Shown in pieces: positions 1-8,198 of a stretch of DNA of 24,403 nt. The stretch covers positions 1-24,403 of the IMG/VR virus record IMGVR_UViG_3300025773_000039. The stretch is one strand, 5' to 3'. The notes below the pieces were generated by a model. That model did no database searches and was not told the origin of the DNA. It saw only the letters and a list, made by a program, of their open reading frames with translations. Every line of letters starts with the position of its first letter. The first letter of the stretch is position 1. The position numbers were made by a program, and so were the translations under genes. The stretch is from a virus (Duplodnaviria; Caudoviricetes).

Positions 1-64
1 TTTCTAGGAAAATTGACCAGGCTGGGGCCTTATTTTGTTATTTATATGATAGTGCCTGATGTTT

Positions 65-388
65 TCACTTGTCTTGCTTGCGACTGTTGCATGATCTGCA
101 GCAGGCTCTTAAATTAGCTGGGTCTAGACCTAGCGCCCTATCCTTCGAAATTGCTATGACATGATCTACAGTTGCATCAGCGCCAGCTAGTCGCTTCTCA
201 CATATGTAACATGTCCAGTTGTCTCGCTCTAATACTGTGCGTCGTATGGCCTGCCATCGACTACCGTACCCACGCTCCGTAGTATTTCTCTTTGGTCGTG
301 GTGGATGAGCGATTAAATAATTATTAGCGCAGCGATCGCATCGTGTATTCGGTCCAGGTAGACCGCAGTCAATACATGGTTTACGCAT
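65..388 (-). CDS. HNH endonuclease, probably packaging-associated (HK97 gp74-like)
   Basis: N-terminal CxxC..C..C; RGYGSRWQAIRRTVLERD-CYIC; TVDHVI...NLRACCRSCNSRK motif; last gene of the replication arm. Confidence 0.9.
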   Translation of the reverse strand: MRKPCIDCGLPGPNTRCDRCANNYLIAHPPRPKRNTTERGYGSRWQAIRRTVLERDNWTCYICEKRLAGADATVDHVIAISKDRALGLDPANLRACCRSCNSRKQDK

Positions 389-954
389 CAGCGATATTGG
401 ATAACAGTTTTAATTTCTCCGCCTGTGAATGCGTCATACTTTGCAGAGATTTCAATTGCTCGCTTAATAAGTATTTCTACATCTTTAACAATGCACAAAT
501 CAAAGCTGTCAATCAAAGCTTCTAACGCACCCATTGCAAAGCGTTCGCCAGAACCTGCAGTGTAAGTGTTATTTGTTGCTCGCTCAAACGAATAATCTTC
601 GTCGATTCGATAACATTCACCATTTATTGCAACAATCCAAATGTTGTCATTTTCAGCTGATGAATCACTGCGTTTAACTTCGTAACCGTGTTCATCAAAT
701 AATTTTCGCATTGCTGGAATTAAAGTTTTAGCAATGTAACGATCTGTATTTGATCGTCCAACTTTTGGCGCAACAAAATTATGTTGTAAAAGATTTATTC
801 CACGAACTGCGCCTGCGCCTGCGATGATAACGCCGTTGTTGTTAAAAATCTTTCCGTCAGGAATGTCAATTGAAAATCCGTCTTCACCAGAGCTTTGTGA
901 ATCAGCTCCAATAATGACAAAGTTTTTGGTCTGAATGGCAGCTAGCGTTGTCAT
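388..954 (-). CDS. Ntn-hydrolase, HslV / 20S proteasome beta-subunit-like threonine protease
   Basis: M-T-T start exposing catalytic Thr; IIGADSQ motif; Lys in GKIF; AGSG motif; DAFTGG C-terminal motif; SD GAGGGG. Confidence 0.85.
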   Translation of the reverse strand: MTTLAAIQTKNFVIIGADSQSSGEDGFSIDIPDGKIFNNNGVIIAGAGAVRGINLLQHNFVAPKVGRSNTDRYIAKTLIPAMRKLFDEHGYEVKRSDSSAENDNIWIVAINGECYRIDEDYSFERATNNTYTAGSGERFAMGALEALIDSFDLCIVKDVEILIKRAIEISAKYDAFTGGEIKTVIQYR

Positions 955-978
955 TCATTTTTCCCCTCAAATGGTAGT

Positions 979-1013
979 GGCAGGGTTTCTTCTTCCCCTA
1001 AAGACACCCCGCC
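979..1013 (-). promoter_or_regulatory. RNA hairpin in the leader of the protease gene
   Basis: Minus strand GGCGGGGT/ACCCTGCC (one G-U) plus TCTT/AAGA; loop AGGGGAA; just downstream of a TG-G-TATAAA extended -10 near 1021-1029. Confidence 0.5.
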
Positions 1014-1041
1014 GGGGATATTTATACCATAAATGTCCAAT

Positions 1042-1671
1042 TTATGTTAAATTGTCCGGACTTTGCTTCTTCGGCGTTTCGTGCAAGCTACCTGCCAGGA
1101 TGCCAAGCGTATCTTTGCCCCAAACAGCCTCGCATTTTGTACATTTAGCTGAAATTGGTCCATAAATGTCCATGTTGACAATAATGGAGTTTTTTTGGCC
1201 ACAATGCGGACAAAAGCCTTTAATTCGACGCGGTTTATCCTTCCAGGTCAGTTTTAGCTCCACCTGGTTGCGAAAGTCATGAACCCGATCTGAAATGTGC
1301 TCAACGAGCTCATCGGTTCCGGTTACTAGCAGGTTTGGTAGCTGATAAAAGTTCTCCCGGATGTCCGAGAACACGTTTCCGCCCGCCATCAAGCTTAAAT
1401 TGACGCTCATTTGCGCCGCGAGTACCAACAGTCCCAACATGTCATCGCCAATGGGTGCTCTAGAACTGGCGAGGATTGATTTAGAGACACTTTCTCCTTC
1501 AGGGCCAGACGTAGCCTCATAAATCTCATCATAGAGCTGTTCTAGCAGTCCTGGATGCTTAGAAACGTGTGTCTTACCGTTATCCATAGATTCCCGGTGT
1601 TCGTAGTACCGGGCAAGGTGCGAAACGTCGTCAATCAGACGCTCCATCAACTCAGAACGGGATCGTGGCAT
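1042..1671 (-). CDS. Hypothetical protein with C-terminal zinc ribbon (possible transcription regulator)
   Basis: CPHC...CTKC...W C-terminus; start moved to ATG at 1671 (MPRSR) after SD AAGGAGA. Confidence 0.65.
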   Translation of the reverse strand: MPRSRSELMERLIDDVSHLARYYEHRESMDNGKTHVSKHPGLLEQLYDEIYEATSGPEGESVSKSILASSRAPIGDDMLGLLVLAAQMSVNLSLMAGGNVFSDIRENFYQLPNLLVTGTDELVEHISDRVHDFRNQVELKLTWKDKPRRIKGFCPHCGQKNSIIVNMDIYGPISAKCTKCEAVWGKDTLGILAGSLHETPKKQSPDNLT

Positions 1672-1960
1672 TTTTCGGTTCTCCTTTGCAGTCATGAAGC
1701 GAGACGACCAGGGGTTGTGGATCGTTGATGGTTTTTTTAATTGTCTCGGGAAGTCGTAGCTTTGCTTCAGCATTTCCATACCGAGTTGTGATTTGAAAAC
1801 TTGACCCACCTCGTAGCAAGTTTTCAAGCTCCTCGTATTTCGACATCAGTAGCCGATTCAGCCTGACCCGGAACCCGCCGGCATGACAGTCCCAGACAGT
1901 GGCGCCGCAGCGAGTGCAGACCGCCTCAACTAGCGCCGTTGTCTTGAATGGCTCTGACAT
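1652..1960 (-). CDS. Hypothetical Zn-binding protein
   Basis: CTRC near N-terminus and HDC near C-terminus; SD GGAGG; overlaps next gene start. Confidence 0.65.
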   Translation of the reverse strand: MSEPFKTTALVEAVCTRCGATVWDCHAGGFRVRLNRLLMSKYEELENLLRGGSSFQITTRYGNAEAKLRLPETIKKTINDPQPLVVSLHDCKGEPKNATIPF

Positions 1961-1970
1961 AAAAACCTCC

Positions 1971-2143
1971 GGGAGGAACTTTTGGATTTTTAGCTACTTC
2001 GGTTGTTGTCTGAATGTTTTTGGTTGCTCCCACTCCGTTCCTCCCCCTAGGGAGGAACGGGAGCAGCGGGAGTAACCTAAAACTCACTATTCAGAGGTTG
2101 CTCCCGGGAGGAACTGGGAGTAACTGGGAGCAGCGGGAGCAAC
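1971..2143. repeat. Iteron cluster / putative replication origin
   Basis: 11 copies of GGGAG[GCT]A[AG]C in both orientations, with a perfect 11-bp inverted repeat at 2035-2060, at the 3' end of the prim-pol/helicase gene. Confidence 0.75.
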
Positions 2144-4288
2144 CCCCCAGTCCGGCTGGCTAAAACCGGCCGAAAAGCTGTCCGAAAGTGGGTCCAATTT
2201 GGCGTCGTAGAGCTTTACGAACCCGATGCGACGAGCGGAATTACGCGATTCGCCGTCCCGGGATTCGGTTAAAAATAGCTCTTCAACCAGGATGTCGATA
2301 GCTAAACCGACAGCCTGATCTTTGCCTTTGACAGCCTTAATGACCTCGTTTCGGGACGGTGCCTCATCTCCTGACCAGTCATGCACAAATCGAGAAACAC
2401 GCTCCATCAGCACAGTCGGACGCATCCGGCCGTCGCTAGACATAGACGGCATGTCAACGCTCCATTTGGTCATGGTGGTGTCCTGGGAGTCCAAAACGAA
2501 CGTTCCAGCGTGCTTTCCTGGCGAAACCGATCGAAGTCCACCATTACGGTCTTTTTCGATGGTCAGGCTGATCTTTCCGAGCTTTCCAGGAGCTGGAGCC
2601 ATCAGCACCTCCGCCGAGAGATAGGTCCCGTCAATGGCACGCTTCTTGGCAGTACCGCCAATGGCGTAGCCTGACTGCCTGGCGTCAATACCCTTCGGTA
2701 AGTGGTCAATTGTGATGACGCAGGCGCCAATTGTGTGAGCAAGTGGCTTGCAGACAGCTCGGAGTGCCTTGGTGATGTCATCGTTGTCAGTGGACTTCAG
2801 TCCCAACATAGGGACCAGCTCACCGACGGAGTCAACGACAGCTATTTCAGGTTTCCACTCGATCATGTCATGGATGAAGAGCCGAAGACCGTCGATGTCC
2901 TCAGGTTCTGCAATCTTGAACATGTTCGGGTTGGCAATGCAGGCTATCGGAGCACCAAGGGCGACAAGACGCATAGCTATTTCAGCCGATCCGTTGTGGT
3001 CGATATCAAGGTACACGGCACGGCGGTTCTGGTGCAGCGCCTCTACGACCGCGCACATCGCGAGCCACGATTTCGCTGTTTCAGGGTCGCCGAAGATTCC
3101 GTTGATTCTGCCGTTGTAGAACAAGGCAGTACCATCGGAACGTTTGACCCAAGCAGGTGGCTCGATCTCAGGTGGTGTGCCACGAAGGAGCCATTCAAGG
3201 TCGGCATAGATTGACGTCTCAACGTCGGGTTGTTCACTGCCTGGGACTGTTTTATTGTCCGGAGCTAGAAACTCTTCGACGCTGAACTCAAGACCACGTA
3301 GCTTTCCGTCGCAGTCTCGGCCATTGCAGCGTTCTTTTGGTTGCATCTTTGCAAGGATGATCGAAATACCGCCGAGCAACATGCGCTTCCACTCGAGCTC
3401 TGCAGATGTGGTTCCACGATCTTGGCCAATAACGTCAACAAATTCGCTTGCAACACGCTGAAGCGCATATCCAACACCTTGGTGACCAACTTGGCCAAGA
3501 CGCAAGAGTCCCAGCATGAGGTCTCGAACAGCGTCATGGCGTGAGCCAGATCGGCCTGAGAGCGCCTCTTCTATGTCGTATAGCTTTCTGTTCACCATTG
3601 CGCACGGCTGATCCGGTGTGCACCATTCGGCAAAGGCAACAGCCATTTCCTCGGCGTCAGTGTCCAGGCGCTGAGTTGCCGGCGTTGCCGCTTGTCCCTT
3701 CGTAAGACCTTGGACCCAGGCAGCAGGTAGCTCTGGAAGTTGGTCTAAATGAGGACCCGCGCCGATGGTGTCTTGGTTTTCAGGTCCGATCCAACGATAC
3801 GTGCGACCTTCTGGGTGCAGAGATGGCCAAACAACCGCATAACGGTGACCTCGGTGGATGGTTTCAATGCCAGGACCAACTTGGTTTGGCCACTGAAGAC
3901 CTGTCGGTACCCGGTAGAACCTAATGCCACTGATGCCATCGTCTCGCGACGTTACTCGCCAGGTTTCAGGCAGTGGACCGAATGTCGCGATGCCTTTAGC
4001 TAGCGATTCCATTCCAGACTTTTCGCCGTAGGCGTCAACGTCGATGCCCAAAATGTTTGCGGGCATGCGAAGGGCAATGTTGCCACGTCCTTTGGTTTCA
4101 ATCCATTCCTGGATTTCCGATGCGTCCGGTGAAATGTCGTAAAACCGCTTGCCTGTGTAACCAGTTGGCGGATGAGATTTCTTGCCTGGCGGAAGGGGTA
4201 GGACATCTGACCATCCCAGCTTTCGATAATCCCACGCCGCTTGTGCGTAAGGACCGTCGACTGGTGTGGTCTCCTCGTCAGGCATCAT
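2087..4288 (-). CDS. Bifunctional DNA primase/polymerase fused to AAA/RecA-like helicase
   Basis: VLPLPPGKK..P, NIALR, GIDVD, YAVVWPSLHPEGRTYRW prim-pol motifs; GDPETAKS Walker A variant; AVVDS Walker B; IDH..K and EKDR motifs. Confidence 0.9.
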   Translation of the reverse strand: MMPDEETTPVDGPYAQAAWDYRKLGWSDVLPLPPGKKSHPPTGYTGKRFYDISPDASEIQEWIETKGRGNIALRMPANILGIDVDAYGEKSGMESLAKGIATFGPLPETWRVTSRDDGISGIRFYRVPTGLQWPNQVGPGIETIHRGHRYAVVWPSLHPEGRTYRWIGPENQDTIGAGPHLDQLPELPAAWVQGLTKGQAATPATQRLDTDAEEMAVAFAEWCTPDQPCAMVNRKLYDIEEALSGRSGSRHDAVRDLMLGLLRLGQVGHQGVGYALQRVASEFVDVIGQDRGTTSAELEWKRMLLGGISIILAKMQPKERCNGRDCDGKLRGLEFSVEEFLAPDNKTVPGSEQPDVETSIYADLEWLLRGTPPEIEPPAWVKRSDGTALFYNGRINGIFGDPETAKSWLAMCAVVEALHQNRRAVYLDIDHNGSAEIAMRLVALGAPIACIANPNMFKIAEPEDIDGLRLFIHDMIEWKPEIAVVDSVGELVPMLGLKSTDNDDITKALRAVCKPLAHTIGACVITIDHLPKGIDARQSGYAIGGTAKKRAIDGTYLSAEVLMAPAPGKLGKISLTIEKDRNGGLRSVSPGKHAGTFVLDSQDTTMTKWSVDMPSMSSDGRMRPTVLMERVSRFVHDWSGDEAPSRNEVIKAVKGKDQAVGLAIDILVEELFLTESRDGESRNSARRIGFVKLYDAKLDPLSDSFSAGFSQPDWGVAPAAPSYSQFLPGATSE

Positions 4289-4408
4289 CTAATCCCCTTC
4301 TTTTAGCTGGTCATACGCCTCGTCGGCTTTGTCCCAAATGTCTACTTCAACAACTTCATCCTCGTCGGCGGAACCTTCTCCGCTCATCCACATTGGGTCA
4401 CCGCTCAC
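4289..4408 (-). CDS. Small acidic hypothetical protein (39 aa)
   Basis: Hand-translated from GTG: MSGDPMWMSGEGSADEDEVVEVDIWDKADEAYDQLKEGD; stop abuts primase ATG. Confidence 0.55.
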   Translation of the reverse strand: MSGDPMWMSGEGSADEDEVVEVDIWDKADEAYDQLKEGD

Positions 4409-4559
4409 TTTCGTACCCCTTTGCAATGTTGCGAACTCGTTCTTGCGGTATGTCGTAGCGTTGAGCTAATTCGACCAAGTTAACCGCTTTCCTGTTAACG
4501 ATTTTATACTCACTGCGAATCTGTCGAACTTCTTCGCTTGTTAGCTCTTTCCTGCCCAT
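4398..4559 (-). CDS. Small helix-turn-helix protein (53 aa)
   Basis: Hand-translated MGRKELTSEEVRQIRSEY...LVELAQRYDIPQERVRNIAKG; HTH pattern; SD AAGGGGG. Confidence 0.65.
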   Translation of the reverse strand: MGRKELTSEEVRQIRSEYKIVNRKAVNLVELAQRYDIPQERVRNIAKGYESER

Positions 4560-4708
4560 CCATCCCCCTTAAATACAATTCCCGGAGCCGAGAATATCTT
4601 TGTCATGAGCTCGCCGCATGAACACGTCGGTGCGGATTGCTCAGAAACACTAGCTATAACTTCACAAGTGATTAAACACTTAGGACATCTGAATTCGTAG
4701 GTTGGCAT
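4541..4708 (-). CDS. FmdB-family zinc ribbon protein
   Basis: MPTYEFRCPKC...CSCG..M.KIFSAPGIVFKGDGW. Confidence 0.85.
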   Translation of the reverse strand: MPTYEFRCPKCLITCEVIASVSEQSAPTCSCGELMTKIFSAPGIVFKGDGWAGKS

Positions 4709-4709
4709 A

Positions 4710-4784
4710 CTATTCTCGATTCTGTACAAAACTAACAAGCCAACCGGTTAAAAACCCAGCTATTGCAAACATGTAATGTGGCAT
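4710..4784 (-). CDS. Tiny membrane peptide (24 aa)
   Basis: MPHYMFAIAGFLTGWLVSFVQNRE; SD GAAGGGG; fills the gap between neighbours. Confidence 0.45.
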   Translation of the reverse strand: MPHYMFAIAGFLTGWLVSFVQNRE

Positions 4785-4795
4785 TAAAACCCCTT

Positions 4796-5242
4796 CTAAT
4801 ACCAATGGTTAGCTATCCAGTGCGCCTTTGCTGCGCAAGGTCCGCCAGATCCGTACCAGCGAGCAATGTATGCTAACGTGGCGACGACCTGAGAGCGCGG
4901 ATCTGAACTGAATTTCATGCCAATGTTTTCATATGTTGATTTCAGCAGCTGACCGATTCCCTTGGCCGATGATGTTGGATTCTTGGCCAGAGCATTCCAG
5001 TGCGATTCATTAGTAATGACATAATCAAGGCAAGCAAACTGCTTGGGCGTCAAAAGCTGATACGCGAAGTATCTAGCTTCGTTCACCTGGAACGATGATT
5101 CTGTCGCCTGAACTAACTGAACAACTGGTTGAACTTTCACGATCTTTGATGCTGGTTTATTGACGTACATTCCAAATGCAAAGAATACCGCCGCAGCAGT
5201 AATAAGCGTCATAATAAATCTATGGTTTAGTTTACTTTCCAT
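4796..5242 (-). CDS. Membrane-anchored lytic transglycosylase (SLT-like)
   Basis: N-terminal TM; catalytic ES-W-N..A.N..SSAKGIGQ; YI..RWYG..PC.A..HW...HWY tail. Confidence 0.85.
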   Translation of the reverse strand: MESKLNHRFIMTLITAAAVFFAFGMYVNKPASKIVKVQPVVQLVQATESSFQVNEARYFAYQLLTPKQFACLDYVITNESHWNALAKNPTSSAKGIGQLLKSTYENIGMKFSSDPRSQVVATLAYIARWYGSGGPCAAKAHWIANHWY

Positions 5243-5375
5243 CTTTACTCGCAATCGCTCGGCAGAAATCGACCCATTCGTGCTGAAACTCCCGACGTGA
5301 ACGAGCTTCTTTGTACAACGAACAGACTGACCAACCCCAAACGATTCCGATAACAGCTGCTAATGCAATAAACAT
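5232..5375 (-). CDS. Small membrane protein (47 aa)
   Basis: Hand-translated MFIALAAVIGIVWGWSVCSLYKEARSRREFQHEW...; SD AAGGAG. Confidence 0.6.
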   Translation of the reverse strand: MFIALAAVIGIVWGWSVCSLYKEARSRREFQHEWVDFCRAIASKDGK

Positions 5376-5392
5376 TTTTTTCTCCTTAGATT

Positions 5393-5426
5393 AAAAGAGA
5401 GCTCAGAGTGACGGCTCTGAGCTCTC
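5393..5426 (-). terminator. Rho-independent terminator after the SSB gene
   Basis: Perfect 12-bp stem GAGAGCTCAGAG/CTCTGAGCTCTC, 6-nt loop, TTTT on the minus strand. Confidence 0.7.
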
Positions 5427-5437
5427 GGCTTGCCGGA

Positions 5438-5932
5438 TTAAAACTGAGGCGCGATTTGTGTTGCACCAAGTTGTTGCATCAAAGCGGCAATAGCTGCTTG
5501 ATCCATCACAGGCGCTGCAGGTGGCGTTGGCGCAGTTTGCGCAGCAACTGGACCAGCAGGTTGAGCAAACGCGTTCTTCTTCTGAGCTTCCACCCACGCT
5601 TGAGCGCGAGCGACGTCAGCATTCTCGAAGTTGTTGAGGACCCAAGCAGGATTTCCCTTGCCTGTATCGACCGTTCCAACTCGCGCAAGAACGTTCGTCG
5701 TACCGACCTTAAGCTTATTAGTGATTCCAACGTGTCCGACTTTGACGTCAGTGTTGAGTTCTCCTGAACCGTCAAGGTCCACGAAATCGACAGTAAACTC
5801 GTCAACCTCCGCGTTGCGGAGAGTGTCAAAACGCTTTGACGATGACTTGACAGCGGTGAACAGGACGAGATGACCGTTGTGCTCTGCAGGCTTGAAAAAC
5901 CCGCCGCCGCCATTTGCTGGTTGTGTGAACAT
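5438..5932 (-). CDS. Putative single-stranded DNA-binding protein
   Basis: Start MFTQP at 5932 after SD AAGGGA; beta-rich core, Ala/Pro-rich tail ending in Phe; directly after the exonuclease. Confidence 0.6.
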   Translation of the reverse strand: MFTQPANGGGGFFKPAEHNGHLVLFTAVKSSSKRFDTLRNAEVDEFTVDFVDLDGSGELNTDVKVGHVGITNKLKVGTTNVLARVGTVDTGKGNPAWVLNNFENADVARAQAWVEAQKKNAFAQPAGPVAAQTAPTPPAAPVMDQAAIAALMQQLGATQIAPQF

Positions 5933-5979
5933 ATTTCCCTTCTTTCTTTGTGTGTGTTGTTTTCTTGCATGCTGCAAGT

Positions 5980-6738
5980 CTATATTTTCTGCTGCTTGCC
6001 GATAACTAGCTTTGAGCGATCTGCTTTCCACTTGAATACTTCAAGCGCAGCAAGGAATACGTCAAACTCGGCTTCCGTGACATCCATGTCGACAACTTTG
6101 CCCGTGCCTTCTTTTGGCGCATGCCAAATCTGACAACGCGTAATCTTCGGCACTGGAATCTCAGTCCCATCAGTATGGAGAATGTTCTCGGCATACTTGT
6201 ACGCAGCAAGCTGAATGGAGTAATCAGGATAAACGCCGGTCGACGTCTTCAGGTCGACGAGTGTAACTTCACCGTCGATGATGTGTATGCCATCAAAGGA
6301 ACCTGCATAGCCATATTTATTTGACCATACAGTACCTTCAATGGATAGTGGCTGAGGCTTGACAGCTTTCAAGATAGCTCTCAAGTTCTTTGCTGCTTCG
6401 CCAAGACCTGGTGGGTCAAACGGTGAGTTGATGTCAATCTCACCACGAAGCAAACCTTCGCAATACTCGTGCGCATCTGTACCTGCAGCAGCTGCCTTGT
6501 CTCTTGTGCGCCAAGGTGAACCCTTGAGCATGTCGATGGCTGCATCTTCAGGGAGGTCAATCCACGCCTTTTTATTATTTGCCGCAAACTCTGCCACGCT
6601 CTTCGCAGCCCAACGCGGTAAGGCAGGCTTGTCAAGAACATTGAGCACAGTTGTGACCGATGGAACTACAGCGCCGGTGACAGGATGGGAATAACCTCGT
6701 CCGGTGCCGACTGTTACTGCTAATGCTGGTGAGGTCAC
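5980..6738 (-). CDS. PD-(D/E)xK exonuclease (Cas4/RecE-like recombination nuclease)
   Basis: PSVTTVL..LDKPAL..W; GT.AH; YAGSFD...LVDLKTS...QLAAY. Confidence 0.9.
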   Translation of the reverse strand: MTSPALAVTVGTGRGYSHPVTGAVVPSVTTVLNVLDKPALPRWAAKSVAEFAANNKKAWIDLPEDAAIDMLKGSPWRTRDKAAAAGTDAHEYCEGLLRGEIDINSPFDPPGLGEAAKNLRAILKAVKPQPLSIEGTVWSNKYGYAGSFDGIHIIDGEVTLVDLKTSTGVYPDYSIQLAAYKYAENILHTDGTEIPVPKITRCQIWHAPKEGTGKVVDMDVTEAEFDVFLAALEVFKWKADRSKLVIGKQQKI

Positions 6739-7010
6739 GCTGCCATCTCGTTTCTACGGGACAAAGATGTCGCGATAGCTAAAGCCATTGCTCCAATCTC
6801 CATCATCTGATCTTCTAGTGCCCGGTATCGATGATTCTTGCGGCTTTCATCAGCTGCAATAATCTTGTTATCGAGGCGCGCCATAGCTGACCACAATGTT
6901 TGCGGCGTAATCACCAGATCAACAAGGTCGCTTTCGCGCATATACTGATCGTGTGCAGTTGTGAATACTGCATGGCTATCAACCAGCAGATCCATCCGTT
7001 TTCTTCCCAT
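6735..7010 (-). CDS. Hypothetical protein
   Basis: Coupled overlaps with both neighbours; helical; no confident motif. Confidence 0.6.
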   Translation of the reverse strand: MGRKRMDLLVDSHAVFTTAHDQYMRESDLVDLVITPQTLWSAMARLDNKIIAADESRKNHRYRALEDQMMEIGAMALAIATSLSRRNEMAA

Positions 7011-7368
7011 TTGTTTCCCCTTCAGTACGTGGATCTCCGTAACCAGCGTCTCTCAAAAGCTCCACCATAATCTTGAGAGGTACAATCGCTGGCCAATTTT
7101 CTATTGACGCCGGACCAAAACCATCAGGCCTGAGAACTGCGACCGGAATAATTCCGTCCTTAATTCTCTCTGCCGCTTGATTCATTGCTTCAGTGACCGG
7201 GAAGCCTCGGCGTGCCTTAACTTCCCAGTCTATACCCACGGTCCCTGTAACGTCCGTGCCTTGTCTACCGGCCCCGGTAGACTCAGCAAACGGCCATCCG
7301 TGAGCCTGAAGGTAATCAGCGACTATACGCTGTGAGGCGTAGCCGCGATGCTTTCGGTGTTGACTCAT
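6979..7368 (-). CDS. Holliday junction resolvase (Hjc-like PD-(D/E)xK)
   Basis: RKHRG...VADYL..GWPFA...G.D..G....EVKAR. Confidence 0.8.
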   Translation of the reverse strand: MSQHRKHRGYASQRIVADYLQAHGWPFAESTGAGRQGTDVTGTVGIDWEVKARRGFPVTEAMNQAAERIKDGIIPVAVLRPDGFGPASIENWPAIVPLKIMVELLRDAGYGDPRTEGETNGKKTDGSAG

Positions 7369-8198
7369 ACAATCCGTTCTCTAGCTTCGTAGACAGCATT
7401 CTCGAGCCAATGCTCGAAAGTAGTTAAACCTGGAAGATAAAGATTTGCTTGCCAACCGTAAAGAATAGCTCTTGCGGTTGTGCTGATGTTTTCGATGCTG
7501 TGCTGAGACCACAGCGGTTCATATGACCAGTCATGGTCAACCGATCTGATCTGCTCAGCTTTCTCAACGTCGCGCTCATAGAGATGTAATGAACCTACAG
7601 TATGAGAATACCAACCCATCTCAATGCCCAAAGCTTGGGCAACAGCGCCTTGCAAAGCGCCGAATTGGACAAGATCGTATGGCAGACCTAACCAGACATC
7701 ATTCGATCTCATATTGACACGCGTGCAAAGTTTATTGTTGCGAATGAAAAACTGTAAAGACAATGTGCACGGAATATCTTTCGAGATTACTCTAAGGTCT
7801 TGCTTCCAATCAAAGATCGTAAGAACCGCTTGGCGTGAGTCTGGGTCAGACTTTAATAGTTCAACTAACTTGATAAGACTTCCATAAATCCTGGCGCCGT
7901 AAGCTCCGTGAAAGATATTTCCGTCCATGTAGTTGCCAAATACTTTAGAACCTGAAACAACAACTTCAGGCGCCGTAGTTTGACCAACCAGCTGCAAAGC
8001 TTCGACAGCGCCGATAAATGACTTGAGCTCTCGATTATCAACAGTGTATGGAATAACCCACGGACGCTCAATGAGCATTGTCGGATTCATAACTTCATAC
8101 GTCTTTTGACCACGAGGTGATGTTACTTCACCGTGTGTTAAGCAAAGTCCAATAGCAGCTTCAACGGCTTCAGATGGGTTGTTCAGTTCAATAAACAT
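7365..8198 (-). CDS. Thymidylate synthase superfamily protein, likely dCMP-specific (hydroxymethylase/methylase-like)
   Basis: GAYG.R; DSRQAV; catalytic KDIPCT; MRSNDVWLGLPYD with Asp where ThyA has Asn177; GSLHLYE; start moved to ATG 8198. Confidence 0.85.
   Translation of the reverse strand: MFIELNNPSEAVEAAIGLCLTHGEVTSPRGQKTYEVMNPTMLIERPWVIPYTVDNRELKSFIGAVEALQLVGQTTAPEVVVSGSKVFGNYMDGNIFHGAYGARIYGSLIKLVELLKSDPDSRQAVLTIFDWKQDLRVISKDIPCTLSLQFFIRNNKLCTRVNMRSNDVWLGLPYDLVQFGALQGAVAQALGIEMGWYSHTVGSLHLYERDVEKAEQIRSVDHDWSYEPLWSQHSIENISTTARAILYGWQANLYLPGLTTFEHWLENAVYEARERIV

Noticed and set aside
1-64. Possible cos site or genome end after the HNH gene
   Set aside because: Position fits, but no specific cos sequence can be identified and the context is truncated.
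1971-2143. CRISPR array
   Set aside because: Repeats are 9 bp, in both orientations, without unique 25-45 bp spacers. The only Cas4-like nuclease is in a phage recombination context.
2322-4458. Many plus-strand and alternate-frame ORFs over the prim-pol gene (also over tape measure, tail tube, glycosyltransferase and recombinase)
   Set aside because: Shadow ORFs of well-supported minus-strand genes; no recognisable motifs.
6735-7010. Possible degenerate MazG-like fold
   Set aside because: Only the C-terminal helix pattern resembles it; the acidic ExxE/ExxD metal-binding motifs are missing.
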